Source: a virus. Taken from it: 64,000 nucleotides of DNA. The stretch is from the IMG/VR virus record IMGVR_UViG_3300050014_000073, positions 1 to 64,000 of that record. One strand, given 5' to 3'. The notes under the pieces were generated by a model that searched no databases, was not told the DNA's origin, and saw nothing but the letters and a program-made list of their open reading frames with translations. Position numbers and translations under genes: made by a program. Positions 28,168 to 37,530 of the stretch are shown here, one piece after another; position 1 is the first letter of the stretch; each line of letters begins with the position of its first letter.

Positions 28168-28371
28168 ATGGAATCCTATGCACTTGTCATATCGGAACAG
28201 TATCGTATCCTAGTTCACGAAGCAGGACTGAAAGAGGGTCGGAGTGGGAAGATTATGTATCCCGGTCCACTTCCTGTAGGAGCAATCCTGAAAGCTGACT
28301 GGGATCAGGGAGTTGAAGAGGGTCTCAAGGTGTTCAAGCAATCCAAGTCTCGCGAGAGGCTAGATTGCTAG
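28168..28371 (+). CDS. hypothetical protein
   Basis: In operon. Confidence 0.5.
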   Translation: MESYALVISEQYRILVHEAGLKEGRSGKIMYPGPLPVGAILKADWDQGVEEGLKVFKQSKSRERLDC

Positions 28372-29162
28372 ACGTCATCACTTTCGGAGAGACGCTCTTA
28401 CAAACACGGGACCTCGATCCAGTATACGTTATGCTGTACCGTTCTCAATTTTCGTTCTTCCAAAAAGAACGCTTTACCGTAGCGTACTGGCTATTCTATC
28501 ATTCAGGAGTTTCTGCACTGCTTTCTGAAAAGATGGGGCATGCGTTCTGGGACGCTTGCCAGGAACAGTTAACTCTTGCTCCAAGGGGAACGGAGAGACG
28601 ACACTTCCGTGGATCTGCTGCAACGAAAGCAGTCCAGGCTCTTCATAGTCTCTATCCAGATCCTGAAGATTTTGTGGAAGCAATGTGTCCATCTCAGAGT
28701 ACATGCGAGACGTTCCACACAGTTTCATCGCGAGTGGAAAAGCTTCCGCAGTTCGGACCTTGGATTGCTTTCAAAGTCTGTGATATGCTAGAACGTGTTC
28801 TAGATCGTCAGATTGATTCCTCAGGATGCATAGATCTTTGGTTTCGAGAGCCTCTTACTGGTGCAGAGAAAGCTGCTACTGCTTTCTCTCTTCCTTCCCG
28901 CGATGCTGCGATTCAGTTCCTTCTTGAGAAGTTTCATAGCTGGGGCGCTCCACCTGACTACAAGCGTAAAGTCAACTTGCAGGAGATCGAAACAATCTTA
29001 TGCAAGTGGAAGGCACATCTTGGAGGCCATTACGAGATTGGGAAGGATACTTACGAGATATTGCATGGACTCCGAAAGTATTCCTCACGCTCTTCTAGTG
29101 CTGCGCACCTGATAGACTGTTTGCAAGAAGGGACTTTGTGCAAGAGGAATACTCTTTGCTGA
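28365..29162 (+). CDS. amino acid:DNA transferase (aGPT-Pplase2 family)
   Basis: TRDLDPVY, RGTERRHFRG, FGPWIAFKVCDM, QEIETILCKWK. Confidence 0.85.
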   Translation: MLDVITFGETLLQTRDLDPVYVMLYRSQFSFFQKERFTVAYWLFYHSGVSALLSEKMGHAFWDACQEQLTLAPRGTERRHFRGSAATKAVQALHSLYPDPEDFVEAMCPSQSTCETFHTVSSRVEKLPQFGPWIAFKVCDMLERVLDRQIDSSGCIDLWFREPLTGAEKAATAFSLPSRDAAIQFLLEKFHSWGAPPDYKRKVNLQEIETILCKWKAHLGGHYEIGKDTYEILHGLRKYSSRSSSAAHLIDCLQEGTLCKRNTLC

Positions 29163-29737
29163 AACCACCTCACGTTCCGGTTATCAACATCCGTGGAGTA
29201 AACGGAAGTGGGAAGAGTTATCTAGTCCGTTCTTGGATGAAACTGCTTGGAGCGAAACCATATCCGCAGCGGTCAAATTTGTTTGGAGGAGAGACTGCAA
29301 CTGGAGCGGAGTACTATTTGCTTTCAGACGATGGAAGGGTGATCGGGGACTACCGTACCAATTGCGGAGGCTGTGACCGCATCCACTCCCAAGATGAAGT
29401 TGCGGACCATATTCGGTTAGGGATTTCCTCTGGTTCACGTTACGTTCTGTTCGAAGGTGTGATTCTCTCAACAGTGTTTGAGTATTGGCATCAGTTCAGC
29501 CAGTCCATCAACGGGATGCTCTGGGTCTATCTTGACACCCCACTGGAAGTTTGTTTGAAGAGGGTTTCCGAGCGAAACAAGAACAAGGCATTCAAAGAGA
29601 ATCTCGTTCGGGACAAGTTCCGGCAGGTTGCTTCCACGCGCCGTCGAGCAGAAGCCGCTGGAGAGAAAGTGTTTGAGATTCATTGGGAGAACGCAGAGAA
29701 AGAGCTAGAAAACCTCATAGCAGGATTAAACATATGA
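29138..29737 (+). CDS. P-loop kinase (5-hmdU DNA kinase type)
   Basis: NIRGVNGSGKS, GGCD, FEG, LDTPLEVCLKRV. Confidence 0.85.
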   Translation: MQEEYSLLKPPHVPVINIRGVNGSGKSYLVRSWMKLLGAKPYPQRSNLFGGETATGAEYYLLSDDGRVIGDYRTNCGGCDRIHSQDEVADHIRLGISSGSRYVLFEGVILSTVFEYWHQFSQSINGMLWVYLDTPLEVCLKRVSERNKNKAFKENLVRDKFRQVASTRRRAEAAGEKVFEIHWENAEKELENLIAGLNI

Positions 29738-29859
29738 AACTTCCTAAAGTTCGTATGCTCCGGCAGATTCTATATTGGATGGAGGAGCGACAGAGACGAA
29801 TGCGCCTGGCAAACGCCGCCGTATGGGTGTTACGGAAACAGAAGAGGAGACTTATATGA
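29734..29859 (+). pseudogene. 41-aa truncated paralog of the downstream aGPT-Pplase1 gene
   Basis: MKLPKVRMLRQILYWMEERQR vs MKLPPVRNLKKFLWFMEERQR. Confidence 0.7.
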
Positions 29860-30773
29860 AGTTGCCTCCGGTAAGGAACTTGAAGAAGTTTTTGTGGTTT
29901 ATGGAGGAGCGCCAAAGGGTTTATTTAAGGCGACAGGCAGGTGAACCTTATCCTTGGACTTCGGATCCCATCTTACGCCGCTTTCGATTTTGCAATGTTT
30001 ATCGAGAGCAGGATCGGGTGACGACTTTTTGGCGAGAACGTTGGGCAAAGAAATACGCTGATCACTCGAACTTATGGTTTGCTGCTTGCTTGTTTCGGCA
30101 CATCAACTGGCCCAATACGCTCGAAGAAATTGGATTCCCCAAAGAGTGGAATCCTCGTAAGGTCCTTCGCATTCTCGAGAAGCGGAAAGCACGGGGAGAT
30201 AAAGTCTACACAAGTGCTTATCTTCTCGGAGGCGGAAACACCAAGCATGAAACCAAAGTCCGCTACACGGTGATGACAGTATTGAATCCTGTGTGGAAGT
30301 GGGTTGAGAAGGCTCTTCCTGGAACGGGTCGTATTGCTCCTTGGTTAACTGACGGAACTGATGACGTTCCCTGTACGTTACGCGAAATGTTCGATTGGCT
30401 CTGCCAGTTCCACGGCTTCGGGAAGTTTCTCTCCTACGAAATCGTCACCGATCTTCGTCATACTCGTTATCTATGCAACGCTCCTGACATAATGACTTGG
30501 GCGAATCTCGGTCCGGGAGCGCAGCGCGGATTGAACCGTCTTTACGAACGGGAGCTGAATCAGTCACATCCCCAGGCTCAGCTTCTCGAAGAGCTTCTGG
30601 CAATTCAAGAGTGGGTGGTTAAGAACCGTGATTCGAGAGTTCTTCCTACGATAGAGCCACGAGATCTCGAACATAGTTTTTGCGAGTGCGACAAACTTCT
30701 TAGAGCCAAGGAGCGCCTTGTGCAAGGACGTATAATCGGTCTAGAAAGATTCAGACATCCAGGCTTGATTTGA
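29856..30773 (+). CDS. aGPT-Pplase1 family DNA hypermodification protein
   Basis: ERQRVY..PWTSDPIL..FCNVYREQDRVT, FRHINW, GKFLSYEIVTD, GPGAQRGL, EHSFCECDK. Confidence 0.88.
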   Translation: MKLPPVRNLKKFLWFMEERQRVYLRRQAGEPYPWTSDPILRRFRFCNVYREQDRVTTFWRERWAKKYADHSNLWFAACLFRHINWPNTLEEIGFPKEWNPRKVLRILEKRKARGDKVYTSAYLLGGGNTKHETKVRYTVMTVLNPVWKWVEKALPGTGRIAPWLTDGTDDVPCTLREMFDWLCQFHGFGKFLSYEIVTDLRHTRYLCNAPDIMTWANLGPGAQRGLNRLYERELNQSHPQAQLLEELLAIQEWVVKNRDSRVLPTIEPRDLEHSFCECDKLLRAKERLVQGRIIGLERFRHPGLI

Positions 30774-30791
30774 CGAAGGAGAAATCATAAC

Positions 30792-31274
30792 ATGATAAAC
30801 GCAAGTGAGTTTTACGGACCGCGCCGTCTCAAGGCGCGAAACAACAATACGCTGCTCAAGGGCAACATGATCCCGCGACGGTTCAAGTCCATCGTCATTC
30901 GTGTGACGGGAGTTCGTTCAGCTCCTTCTGACTGGGACTGCCGGCTTATTCTGGACTTCGATTTCCATCCCGAAGCTCTCGAAGCTCTTCGAGGATCGGA
31001 AGCAGCTAGTGCTCATTCCTGGGCTGTAAACAAGACTAATGGCCAGCGGCTTCGTTCGTACTTATCAGCTTCTGACGACTTCGAGGAACTGGTCGACTGC
31101 CGTGTCCGTCTCAAGGTCATTCCGCAACGTGACCCGAAGTCGGGCGAGCGTGTTCGTTCGCTGGAAGTGACTTCTCTAGCACGCGAAGGGTCAACTCATT
31201 GGGAAGTGCTGGCCTCCTCCGGTAGAGATTGCGGAAGAAGACGAAACGTATTTTTCGTATCCTCCTGTTTTTGA
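30792..31274 (+). CDS. hypothetical protein (3' end may be frameshifted)
   Basis: AAGGAG RBS. Confidence 0.6.
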   Translation: MINASEFYGPRRLKARNNNTLLKGNMIPRRFKSIVIRVTGVRSAPSDWDCRLILDFDFHPEALEALRGSEAASAHSWAVNKTNGQRLRSYLSASDDFEELVDCRVRLKVIPQRDPKSGERVRSLEVTSLAREGSTHWEVLASSGRDCGRRRNVFFVSSCF

Positions 31275-31296
31275 GGAGGAGAAAACGGAACTGTTT

Positions 31297-32190
31297 TTGA
31301 AGATCTTCATCCCCACTAAAGGACGTCCGGTTCGGATCAGTACTCACAAGTACTTCCCTTCCGCTTACGTTGTTGTACACAACGAGCAGGAAGCGGAGCA
31401 GTATCGCGCGAATGCAACGATCGATCCTAAACGGATTCTCATTAGTGGAGCGAAGACCGATGCGTTCGGCCTAACTCGACAACGTGAATGGGTGTGCCAG
31501 ACGCAAGCAAAGAAGAATGAGTGGATTCTGTTCGCTGACGATAACATCTATTACTTGCTAGCGATGGATAAGGAACACTATGGTTTTCCAGAAGTTCTAC
31601 TGACGGCAGACCATACCAGATTGTCGGAAGAAGAGAAAGCGACGGCTCGCAAGGAAGGTGCGATCTGGCGTCCTCGTTTCAACACGCGAGTCCCGGTAGA
31701 ACGGTTCTTGAGGGAGATCGTTCCGGATACAGTTTCTCATTGTGAGATTATCGGAGCACACCTTGCAGGGTTTTCTCTTACAGATAACATCTTATTTCGG
31801 CGAAAGAAGTTTGTTGACGTCGGATACGTCATAGGCAAGTTGATGCTCTGGCACAACACTGGGCATGTCCCCTTCGACCATACAGTCACGATGGAAGACT
31901 TCTATCACACAGCCGAGAACCTGAAGCGATACGGAGTTTGCGTAGTAAACAACTTCGTTGCGGTCCGCCCGACGAATTGTCACTATCTTCCAGGCGGAAT
32001 GGGAACGTATGACGAGCGAGTTCCGTATCGCAAGCGGGACGTGGAAACTTTGTTAGCACGGTATCCTGGGATGTTGGCAGTGAAGGACAGAGAGGGATTT
32101 GTTCCAGGAACTGACTTGCGTCTTCTCTTGCATTCACGTGAGGATGTTCAACGATGGCAACGAGCGCAGAAGCGCACAAGATTGTTTTAG
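31297..32190 (+). CDS. GT-A fold glycosyltransferase (phage DNA-modification type)
   Basis: IFIPTKGR, LFADDNI, MEDF, PGGMG. Confidence 0.8.
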   Translation: MKIFIPTKGRPVRISTHKYFPSAYVVVHNEQEAEQYRANATIDPKRILISGAKTDAFGLTRQREWVCQTQAKKNEWILFADDNIYYLLAMDKEHYGFPEVLLTADHTRLSEEEKATARKEGAIWRPRFNTRVPVERFLREIVPDTVSHCEIIGAHLAGFSLTDNILFRRKKFVDVGYVIGKLMLWHNTGHVPFDHTVTMEDFYHTAENLKRYGVCVVNNFVAVRPTNCHYLPGGMGTYDERVPYRKRDVETLLARYPGMLAVKDREGFVPGTDLRLLLHSREDVQRWQRAQKRTRLF

Positions 32191-32196
32191 GAGGAT

Positions 32197-33222
32197 TTGA
32201 TGCGAACTGTGGATCTTAGTCGTGGTGAGCAGGTTCGTCTGTTCAACGGTTTGGCAATCGAGATTGCAAGCAAGTGCAATCGAACTTGCTACTTCTGCCC
32301 GAACGGATACAACCAGCGTGAAGATGTCTTCATGCTGGAGGAAACGGTCTCACGTTTGCTGGAAGAGCTCTCACGCTTGAAGTACTCTGGGCGTATCGAG
32401 TGGTACATCTACAACGAACCGACACGTGACGAACGGCTGAAGATGTTCATTCGTTGGGCGCGAGTTCAGGTTCCGCGCGCTTGCCAGATGATCAACACGA
32501 ACGGTGACTATTTCAAGGATAAGTTTGACATCGCTGCATTGTTCTTTGCTGGTCTCAATCAGATGCAGATCAACATCTACAGCGCGCAGGATAACGCAGA
32601 GAATGATAAGACGTTTGAGAACGGCGTTGCGCAAGCGCGAAAGCGTGAAGCGCAGCTACAATCGTGGGTTGATAAGATCTCCCCAACAATGAATATCCAT
32701 TCGGATGCGAGTCTCTACTTGAACTCAGGCCCGCGAAAGCGTATTTGCAAAGTCGTGGCGAAGTATGGCGTCCGTCCCAGTTTCAAGGATAGTGATCTCG
32801 AGGGGCCAAATCACTTCTCGAACCGCAGTGGAAACATTCCTGGTTTCCGCAATGGGCTTACAGAACCACTGAAGAAGATGTGTGTGCGCCCGTTCAGGTT
32901 TCTCAATATAGATTACCAGGGCGATGCCCTTCTTTGTTGTAACGACTACCATGGAGTTGTTAAGATCGGGAACGTGAAGGACCATACGCTGGTGGAATTG
33001 TGGAACTCTTCGGTTCTCAATCGTTATCGTGTCAAGTTGCAAGGTCATGATCGTAATTCAGCACTGTGCGACAAATGCGACTACAACGGGGGACACTATC
33101 AACATCAGGTGGGACACGTTACGACGGGGTCAGCGGAACAGGATGTGGAGTGGGTACAGGAGCCGTTTTATCCGGGCGGACTGGTTCAGATCGCGCCGAA
33201 GACGGATAAGAGGTTGATTTAG
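32197..33222 (+). CDS. radical SAM enzyme with SPASM/twitch domain
   Basis: CNRTCYFC, NEP, NTNG, CVRPF..LCCND..CDKC. Confidence 0.92.
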   Translation: MMRTVDLSRGEQVRLFNGLAIEIASKCNRTCYFCPNGYNQREDVFMLEETVSRLLEELSRLKYSGRIEWYIYNEPTRDERLKMFIRWARVQVPRACQMINTNGDYFKDKFDIAALFFAGLNQMQINIYSAQDNAENDKTFENGVAQARKREAQLQSWVDKISPTMNIHSDASLYLNSGPRKRICKVVAKYGVRPSFKDSDLEGPNHFSNRSGNIPGFRNGLTEPLKKMCVRPFRFLNIDYQGDALLCCNDYHGVVKIGNVKDHTLVELWNSSVLNRYRVKLQGHDRNSALCDKCDYNGGHYQHQVGHVTTGSAEQDVEWVQEPFYPGGLVQIAPKTDKRLI

Positions 33223-33228
33223 AGCTAT

Positions 33229-33313
33229 TACGGATTGCTAGGTCGTTTCCGTGGCATCCGGTTTGTGGAAAGTACCGTATAACTAGTCTAGCGACGGTCC
33301 TAGGGTCGCTAAA
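33229..33313 (+). repeat. dispersed two-box element, copy 3
   Basis: TACGGATTGCTAGG-48 nt-GCGACGGTCCTAGGGTCGCTAAA. Confidence 0.75.
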
Positions 33314-33360
33314 CACAAACGTCTTCGACTTCTTTCTGGAAATCGGAAAGGAAAGAAACA

Positions 33361-34374
33361 ATGCAAGTAATACGAGTAAGAAACATCAACCAAGCGTGGG
33401 ATCATGCAAAGATCCTTCTCAATGCCAATCACACAACTCGTCCCAGTCGGGTCGGGGAGGTGATTGAATACCCCGACCCAGTCACGACGGTCTACGAGAA
33501 GCCGTGTGAGCGTGTCCTCTTCAATGAGAAGCGGAATGCTAATTGCTTTTTCAATTTCATGGAAGCAATGCATATGCTTGCGGGCCGAAATGATGTCGCG
33601 TGGCTGGAACGATTCAATTCCAAGATTCGCGATTTCATCGGTAACGTGGAAGTGCAGCATGGTGCATACGGCTACCGCTGGCGAAAGTTCTTCGACATGG
33701 ACGGGGGCGCAGAGGATGACTATGCGGACCAGATTCTCAAGATCATTCGGATGCTGAAGAAGAACCCCGATGAACGCCGCGCTGTTCTTACCATGTGGAG
33801 TCCGTTGGCGGACTTGGAACGACCAGATCTTGCAGACGTGCCGTGCAATTTGATCTGCACGTTCAAGATTCGAGGCGGTGCTCTCGACATGATTGTCTTC
33901 TGTCGTTCAAATGACATTGTGTTTGGCGCGTATTCTGCAAATCAAGTGCACTTCAGCTTTCTGCTGGAGTACATGGCTTCTATGATCGGAGTACCGGTTG
34001 GGCGTTACTTTCAGATCTCGGACTCTTGGCACGCTTACACTTCTCGTTGGTCCGAATTTGGCGGTCTTGATCCCACTCCGACGATTGATCGCTATGCGTT
34101 GGGCATGGTTCCGTTCCCGCTGGTTGATCATCCTGAGACGTGGGACGAAGATCTGAAGCGGTGGATGGAACGAGACTTCACGCAAGAGTTCTCCAATCGG
34201 TTCTTCTCACGAGTTGCTGAGCCGATGTGGCTCTCATGGTCAGAATACAAGCATAACAATCTCGACAACGCAATTAGGGTTATACGGAATTGTGATGCAG
34301 CTGACTGGCGCTGGGCGGGAACAGAGTGGTTGCTCAACATCCAGAGGAAGCGAGCAGAGAAGGGGAAGAAATGA
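33361..34374 (+). CDS. thymidylate synthase-fold enzyme, likely dUMP hydroxymethylase
   Basis: AYGYRW, RRAVL, PCN, RSND..GAYSAN (Asn indicates dUMP specificity), HAY. Confidence 0.88.
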   Translation: MQVIRVRNINQAWDHAKILLNANHTTRPSRVGEVIEYPDPVTTVYEKPCERVLFNEKRNANCFFNFMEAMHMLAGRNDVAWLERFNSKIRDFIGNVEVQHGAYGYRWRKFFDMDGGAEDDYADQILKIIRMLKKNPDERRAVLTMWSPLADLERPDLADVPCNLICTFKIRGGALDMIVFCRSNDIVFGAYSANQVHFSFLLEYMASMIGVPVGRYFQISDSWHAYTSRWSEFGGLDPTPTIDRYALGMVPFPLVDHPETWDEDLKRWMERDFTQEFSNRFFSRVAEPMWLSWSEYKHNNLDNAIRVIRNCDAADWRWAGTEWLLNIQRKRAEKGKK

Positions 34375-34562
34375 GACAGGAAGATCCAAAGTCGACTTTA
34401 ATTGAACGATTTCGGGTATGGCGTCTCTTCTGGGTTGCTTGCCGTGTCCCGAGACGGAACGATCTCTATATCAACAAGAACGGCTTGCTTCAACGTTGTA
34501 AGACGACGAACTACTCGCGTCGCGCTCAAAAGCGTACAATTGTGAAAGAGGGATGGAAGTGA
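34371..34562 (+). CDS. small hypothetical protein
   Basis: ATGA overlap with the TS-fold gene. Confidence 0.45.
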   Translation: MRQEDPKSTLIERFRVWRLFWVACRVPRRNDLYINKNGLLQRCKTTNYSRRAQKRTIVKEGWK

Positions 34563-35149
34563 AGAATCTTTTTGAAAATCTGATGTGGTTCCGAAGATTT
34601 GGTTCAACGAGACGCTTCCATTCTGAGACGTTCATCGGAACACCAGAGACAGTTCTACACCACTCTGCTAGTACAGCTCTTATCCTGATTCAGGTCTTAG
34701 GAGAAAACGTCTCCGTCAACTTGCTCAAGGCTGCTCTGTGCCACGATCTCGAAGAGGGACTTACAGGCGACGTCCCCGCGCCGGTCAAGTGGGCTATTGG
34801 AAATACGTTCGAAGAGTTGGAGCGTCGGATTCGTGTGTTCCACGATATTCCGTTCCCAGGATTGAACGGCGAGGAACAGCATCAGCTCAAGGCTGCGGAT
34901 TTTCTGGACTGCGCGATGACGTGTCTCATGCAGCGAAAGATGGGGAACTCTCTAATTGATACGGTTTTCGAGAACTTAGTCGAGTATGAAAACCGAAGTC
35001 CGATCTTGGGCTACGTTGAGACAATTCTGTTCCTCTATCTCTGGCGAGAAGTCAAAGCGGAATACAGACAGACGGTTAGCGGAAGCCGATATGGAAGCGT
35101 CGGTCACCCCTTCTGGAGTCAAGATGCCAAAAGTGAGAAGCAAAGCTGA
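34553..35149 (+). CDS. HD-domain deoxynucleotide phosphohydrolase (YfbR/DatZ-like)
   Basis: RRFH, HHS, CHDLEE..TGDVPAPVK, AAD. Confidence 0.88.
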   Translation: MEVKNLFENLMWFRRFGSTRRFHSETFIGTPETVLHHSASTALILIQVLGENVSVNLLKAALCHDLEEGLTGDVPAPVKWAIGNTFEELERRIRVFHDIPFPGLNGEEQHQLKAADFLDCAMTCLMQRKMGNSLIDTVFENLVEYENRSPILGYVETILFLYLWREVKAEYRQTVSGSRYGSVGHPFWSQDAKSEKQS

Positions 35150-35741
35150 GTTCTTCCGGCTGTCACAGGAAATGGTCTTCGGGAATCGTCTTCAGCAATT
35201 CGGGTGGAAACTCTTCGATGAAATGTTTCAAGACTGCCGGAACGCAAGATGTATTGGTCGCGAACCTTGGTACGATAGCGAACTTCCTCCTATGCCTGAA
35301 AAGGTCAGTGTTAGGAACGTACTTGCAGGTGGCGATGAACGGGTTCAACGGTATCGTCTCGGACCAGCTTTCGCTCATGCTCATTGTGTCTCGTTGATCA
35401 AGACCCACATCGTCACTCCTGAACAGCTCATACTTGATGAGAGTGCTCCAGATCATCTAGTCACGTTGCAAGCAGAAGTCCGGAATAGCGAAAGGTTTAT
35501 TGACATGCGATTCGCGCTGCATTCTGGAGTAGGGATGCGACCTGCTTATGCCGCAATGAAGCCCGTGAGTGGGATTCGGGCCGTGACAATCCTGAAAGAG
35601 TACCTGGACGCACCGTCTTGGGACAACCTCTGTGAAATTCTTCATGTATATAGCGAAAGTGTCGTAGAGCTGAGTTCGTACTCAGTTCCAGTAGGAGTTC
35701 TGGGTCTCTCGACAATTATTTGGGAAGTGAGGAATTATTGA
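35124..35741 (+). CDS. hypothetical protein
   Basis: GGAG RBS before ATG 35124. Confidence 0.65.
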   Translation: MPKVRSKAEFFRLSQEMVFGNRLQQFGWKLFDEMFQDCRNARCIGREPWYDSELPPMPEKVSVRNVLAGGDERVQRYRLGPAFAHAHCVSLIKTHIVTPEQLILDESAPDHLVTLQAEVRNSERFIDMRFALHSGVGMRPAYAAMKPVSGIRAVTILKEYLDAPSWDNLCEILHVYSESVVELSSYSVPVGVLGLSTIIWEVRNY

Positions 35742-35742
35742 T

Positions 35743-35978
35743 ATGAGAGTTCTTGTTGTTGTTGGTGGCCAGCCTGGATCTGAAGCTAAAGGAAAGGCAT
35801 GCGTATTTGTCTGGATTACCTAGACGCAAAGGACAGAAACGTTCGTAGGAGCGTCGATTTGGGTAAGAGATCTCACAAGTTCCTTCACGAGTTGGAGACC
35901 CGTACGGAACTGAGAGTAGGTCTTGCATTCACAGGTCCGCATCAAGACGATCTCGTTTATTGGGATTCTGTTTTGTGA
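35743..35978 (+). pseudogene. internally deleted adenylosuccinate-synthetase-family gene (PurZ-like)
   Basis: N-terminus MRVLVVVGGQPGSEAKGK; out-of-frame C-terminus ICLDYLD..FLHELETRTELRVGLAFTGP. Confidence 0.75.
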
Positions 35979-36009
35979 TGTCAATCTCCTTTTGCCAAAA
36001 ACCATTCGC

Positions 36010-36038
36010 TTTACTTTTCTATCGCGTTAGGGTAAAGT
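36010..36038 (+). promoter_or_regulatory. sigma70-like promoter
   Basis: TTTACT-17-TAAAGT; same CGCTTTACT context as 26680. Confidence 0.4.
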
Positions 36039-36145
36039 AGTAAGTTAAAGTACTCTTTGGGGTCCTATCTCGTTGATAGGATTAGCTTGCGGCGCGAGTA
36101 GAGACGTTTTCAACGGCTCGTTTGCCAGACAGGTGACCATACTCC

Positions 36146-36523
36146 GTGTCTCCTCGTAAATCACACAAGCTTCTTAAGGGCCCAGCTCTGTCCGAGATCC
36201 TTCGGGTCACAGTTCACCAAGTCAAGTGGTTCGTCGCGGGCCAGCCTACTCTTTTGATTCCTCCTTCAACGGCGCTTGCTCTTGTGAGAGAGGGCGAGTA
36301 TGAAGGTAAGGCAAGTGCCCAGCGAGTCTACTACATACGTGAAATTGACAATTGTCCAAAGCCTGTATGCAATCCTTCGTATTGGGACGACCGTGCTGTC
36401 TACCCTGGTGAAACAGATTCGCCTTCACGACATACTGTAGACCTCTGGGACCAAATTCTCAAGCGCCGTTCCAGTCGCGTAGCTGTTCAAGTTGTCGCCG
36501 CCCACGCGAGCGGCGTGGATTGA
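36146..36523 (+). CDS. hypothetical protein whose stop codon lies inside a CRISPR repeat
   Basis: 125-aa ORF. Confidence 0.55.
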   Translation: MSPRKSHKLLKGPALSEILRVTVHQVKWFVAGQPTLLIPPSTALALVREGEYEGKASAQRVYYIREIDNCPKPVCNPSYWDDRAVYPGETDSPSRHTVDLWDQILKRRSSRVAVQVVAAHASGVD

Positions 36524-36526
36524 AAT
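36494..36526 (+). CRISPR. solitary type I-C-like repeat
   Basis: GTCGCCGCCCACGCGAGCGGCGTGGATTGAAAT, identical to reverse complement of 8655-8687. Confidence 0.88.
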
Positions 36527-36540
36527 CAGGTATTTGAAGA

Positions 36541-36873
36541 ATGGCTTCTCCTTCTTCCGGTTTCCTCGCAGCGTCGCTTTCATCTGCAGCTCCCGCTATT
36601 AGTTCCCGCCTTCGTTCCTCTGTTCGTTCCGCTCTTAACTCGCATCAGTCATTGAAAGCCGTCCGCGGTCGCGGATCAGAAGTTCAGTCACATCGTTCAG
36701 CTCTTGTCTACTTGCGCGAGCTTGAAGCTGAACTTTGTTTGGTCCAGAACTTGTTGTTGGACGCTTGGAAAGAGTGCGACTACTCGCGGGATTTCCGGAA
36801 GTTTATTCGTCATACTGACCAGGCTCAGCAGCGACTTCATCAAGCGATCAAGAAGCTTGCCAGGACCGTATAA
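36541..36873 (+). CDS. hypothetical protein
   Basis: Ends ACC GTA TAA. Confidence 0.6.
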   Translation: MASPSSGFLAASLSSAAPAISSRLRSSVRSALNSHQSLKAVRGRGSEVQSHRSALVYLRELEAELCLVQNLLLDAWKECDYSRDFRKFIRHTDQAQQRLHQAIKKLARTV

Positions 36874-36874
36874 T
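36866..36874 (+). promoter_or_regulatory. CCGTATAAT promoter-like motif (representative copy)
   Basis: Exact copies also at 5648, 13511, 18073, 26288, 26642 (minus); variants at 27802, 30728, 33275 (plus). Confidence 0.7.
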
Positions 36875-36880
36875 CAGGTT

Positions 36881-37054
36881 ATGAGAAATTGGAAAGACGA
36901 TCCAAAGGCAGTTGAGGCAGTTGAGTATCTTCTGGGCATCGGAATGAATGCGGACGAGTTCCTTCAAGCAGATATAGAAGAGAGCAGTGATTTGGAATCT
37001 GATGATGCCGATCCGGAAGTAGAAAGCCGTATTCATGAGGTTGTTGAGGAATAG
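36881..37054 (+). CDS. small acidic protein, probably leaderless
   Basis: ATG 6 nt after TATAAT; very D/E rich. Confidence 0.6.
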   Translation: MRNWKDDPKAVEAVEYLLGIGMNADEFLQADIEESSDLESDDADPEVESRIHEVVEE

Positions 37055-37055
37055 T

Positions 37056-37319
37056 ATGCCTATCCGTCAATGCAAGAACGGCCACCTGACAGGCTTTCGA
37101 AACTGTTCACTATGCGGCAGCAAGCAGACTCGTGATGTAGCGTGGAAGGCAGTTGCATCTCCTGATGTTGAGGAAGTTGCATCTCCTGCTGCAGAAGTGA
37201 AGCCTCTTCACGTTTCGTTCCTCAATCAGTTCCGGGTTTGGAGAGAGAAGCATCGGAAGGCTGTTCAGCTTCGATTGCGTACTGCACGTTGGGGATTCAA
37301 GGTGCACGAGAGGATATGA
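37056..37319 (+). CDS. zinc-ribbon hypothetical protein
   Basis: CKNGH..CSLC. Confidence 0.5.
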   Translation: MPIRQCKNGHLTGFRNCSLCGSKQTRDVAWKAVASPDVEEVASPAAEVKPLHVSFLNQFRVWREKHRKAVQLRLRTARWGFKVHERI

Positions 37320-37530
37320 GCAGTGAAAGGCAGAGACAAGAGGCGAAGAGCCCAGTCGCGAAGGCGGACAGCTTTGGAGCACCGCTATACGACGAGCAAT
37401 ACGACTACTGGCTCCTCAAGTCTTACAGCAATCCCCGAAATGGTCTCTGGATCAGAATTGAGCTGGTCCGAGCAATTCGAGACACAGGCCAATCCAGAAA
37501 GTCCGATCTTTTTGGAGGGGGTGGAATGAA

